NCBI GenBank assembly: GCA_046331705.1
Contig: JAXLQJ010000054.1
Span: 1 to 48,429, forward strand
Direction of reading: 5' to 3'
Origin: a bacterium
Lineage (GTDB): Bacteria > JADJOY01
DNA length: 48,429 nt
Shown piece after piece: positions 48,242 to 48,429 of the stretch; the first letter of the stretch is position 1, and each line of letters opens with the position of its first letter. The position numbers and the translations under genes were made by a program. Under the pieces are notes generated by a model, which was given only the letters and a program-made list of their open reading frames with translations, did not search any database and was not told where the DNA came from.

Positions 48242-48429
48242 CGGCTGGGGTCCCTCCCGGACCGCAGCCAACGTCAACCGACCACCTCAGGCGAGACCGG
48301 CAGATCTAATCGTCGTCGACCGGCAGAAGTAATTGTCGCTGATCACCGGCCGTTTGGGTGGTCCAGATCGTCGGACCGGGCACCGCGCAGCTATGGAGAT
48401 TGAATAGGGGTCTGGAGGTTCTCGGACCC

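Larger units (their letters stand above)
45924..48345 (-). mobile_element. Complete IS21-family element
   Basis: TG...CA ends TGATCGGCGTCAACTAGTCCTGCC / TGATCAGCGACAATTACTTCTGCC with internal repeats; 5-bp TSD CCGGC (45919-45923, 48346-48350). Confidence 0.95.

Overview
Very GC-rich bacterial DNA. The gene content (sigma-54 activator, Ser/Thr kinase, many lipoproteins) suggests a Myxococcota/Binatota-like or similar environmental lineage; this is inference only. The left ~28 kb looks like core genome: PPIase-DUF3604 pair, IPT/dockerin-like lipoprotein, molybdopterin oxidoreductase, tsaD, diheme cytochrome c, rubrerythrin, SGNH hydrolase, SPFH protein, G1P-dehydrogenase-like enzyme, Cys-less glutaredoxin, alpha/beta hydrolase, kinase, ceramidase, ATL, hypothetical lipoproteins, NtrC-type regulator and M16 peptidase. 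The right ~20 kb is a decaying minus-strand integron cassette array with about 10 intact, degenerate or split attC-like sites and no integrase in the window. It carries VOC, VapC/Phd toxin-antitoxin, membrane, lipoprotein, ORF-less and shattered cassettes. Every IS found sits in an attC or attC-like site: IS66, IS21, two IS110/IS1111 elements and two IS110 remnants. The main result is a single attC hit in both arms by two different IS110/IS1111 elements. Each has a long downstream non-coding region with a two-loop bridge/seekRNA-like structure. In one, the loop sequences (GCTGAGC and CAAC) match the attC L' and R' boxes flanking its own insertion site, consistent with RNA-programmed targeting of integron recombination sites. 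All calls were made by eye; no database searches or folding were run.
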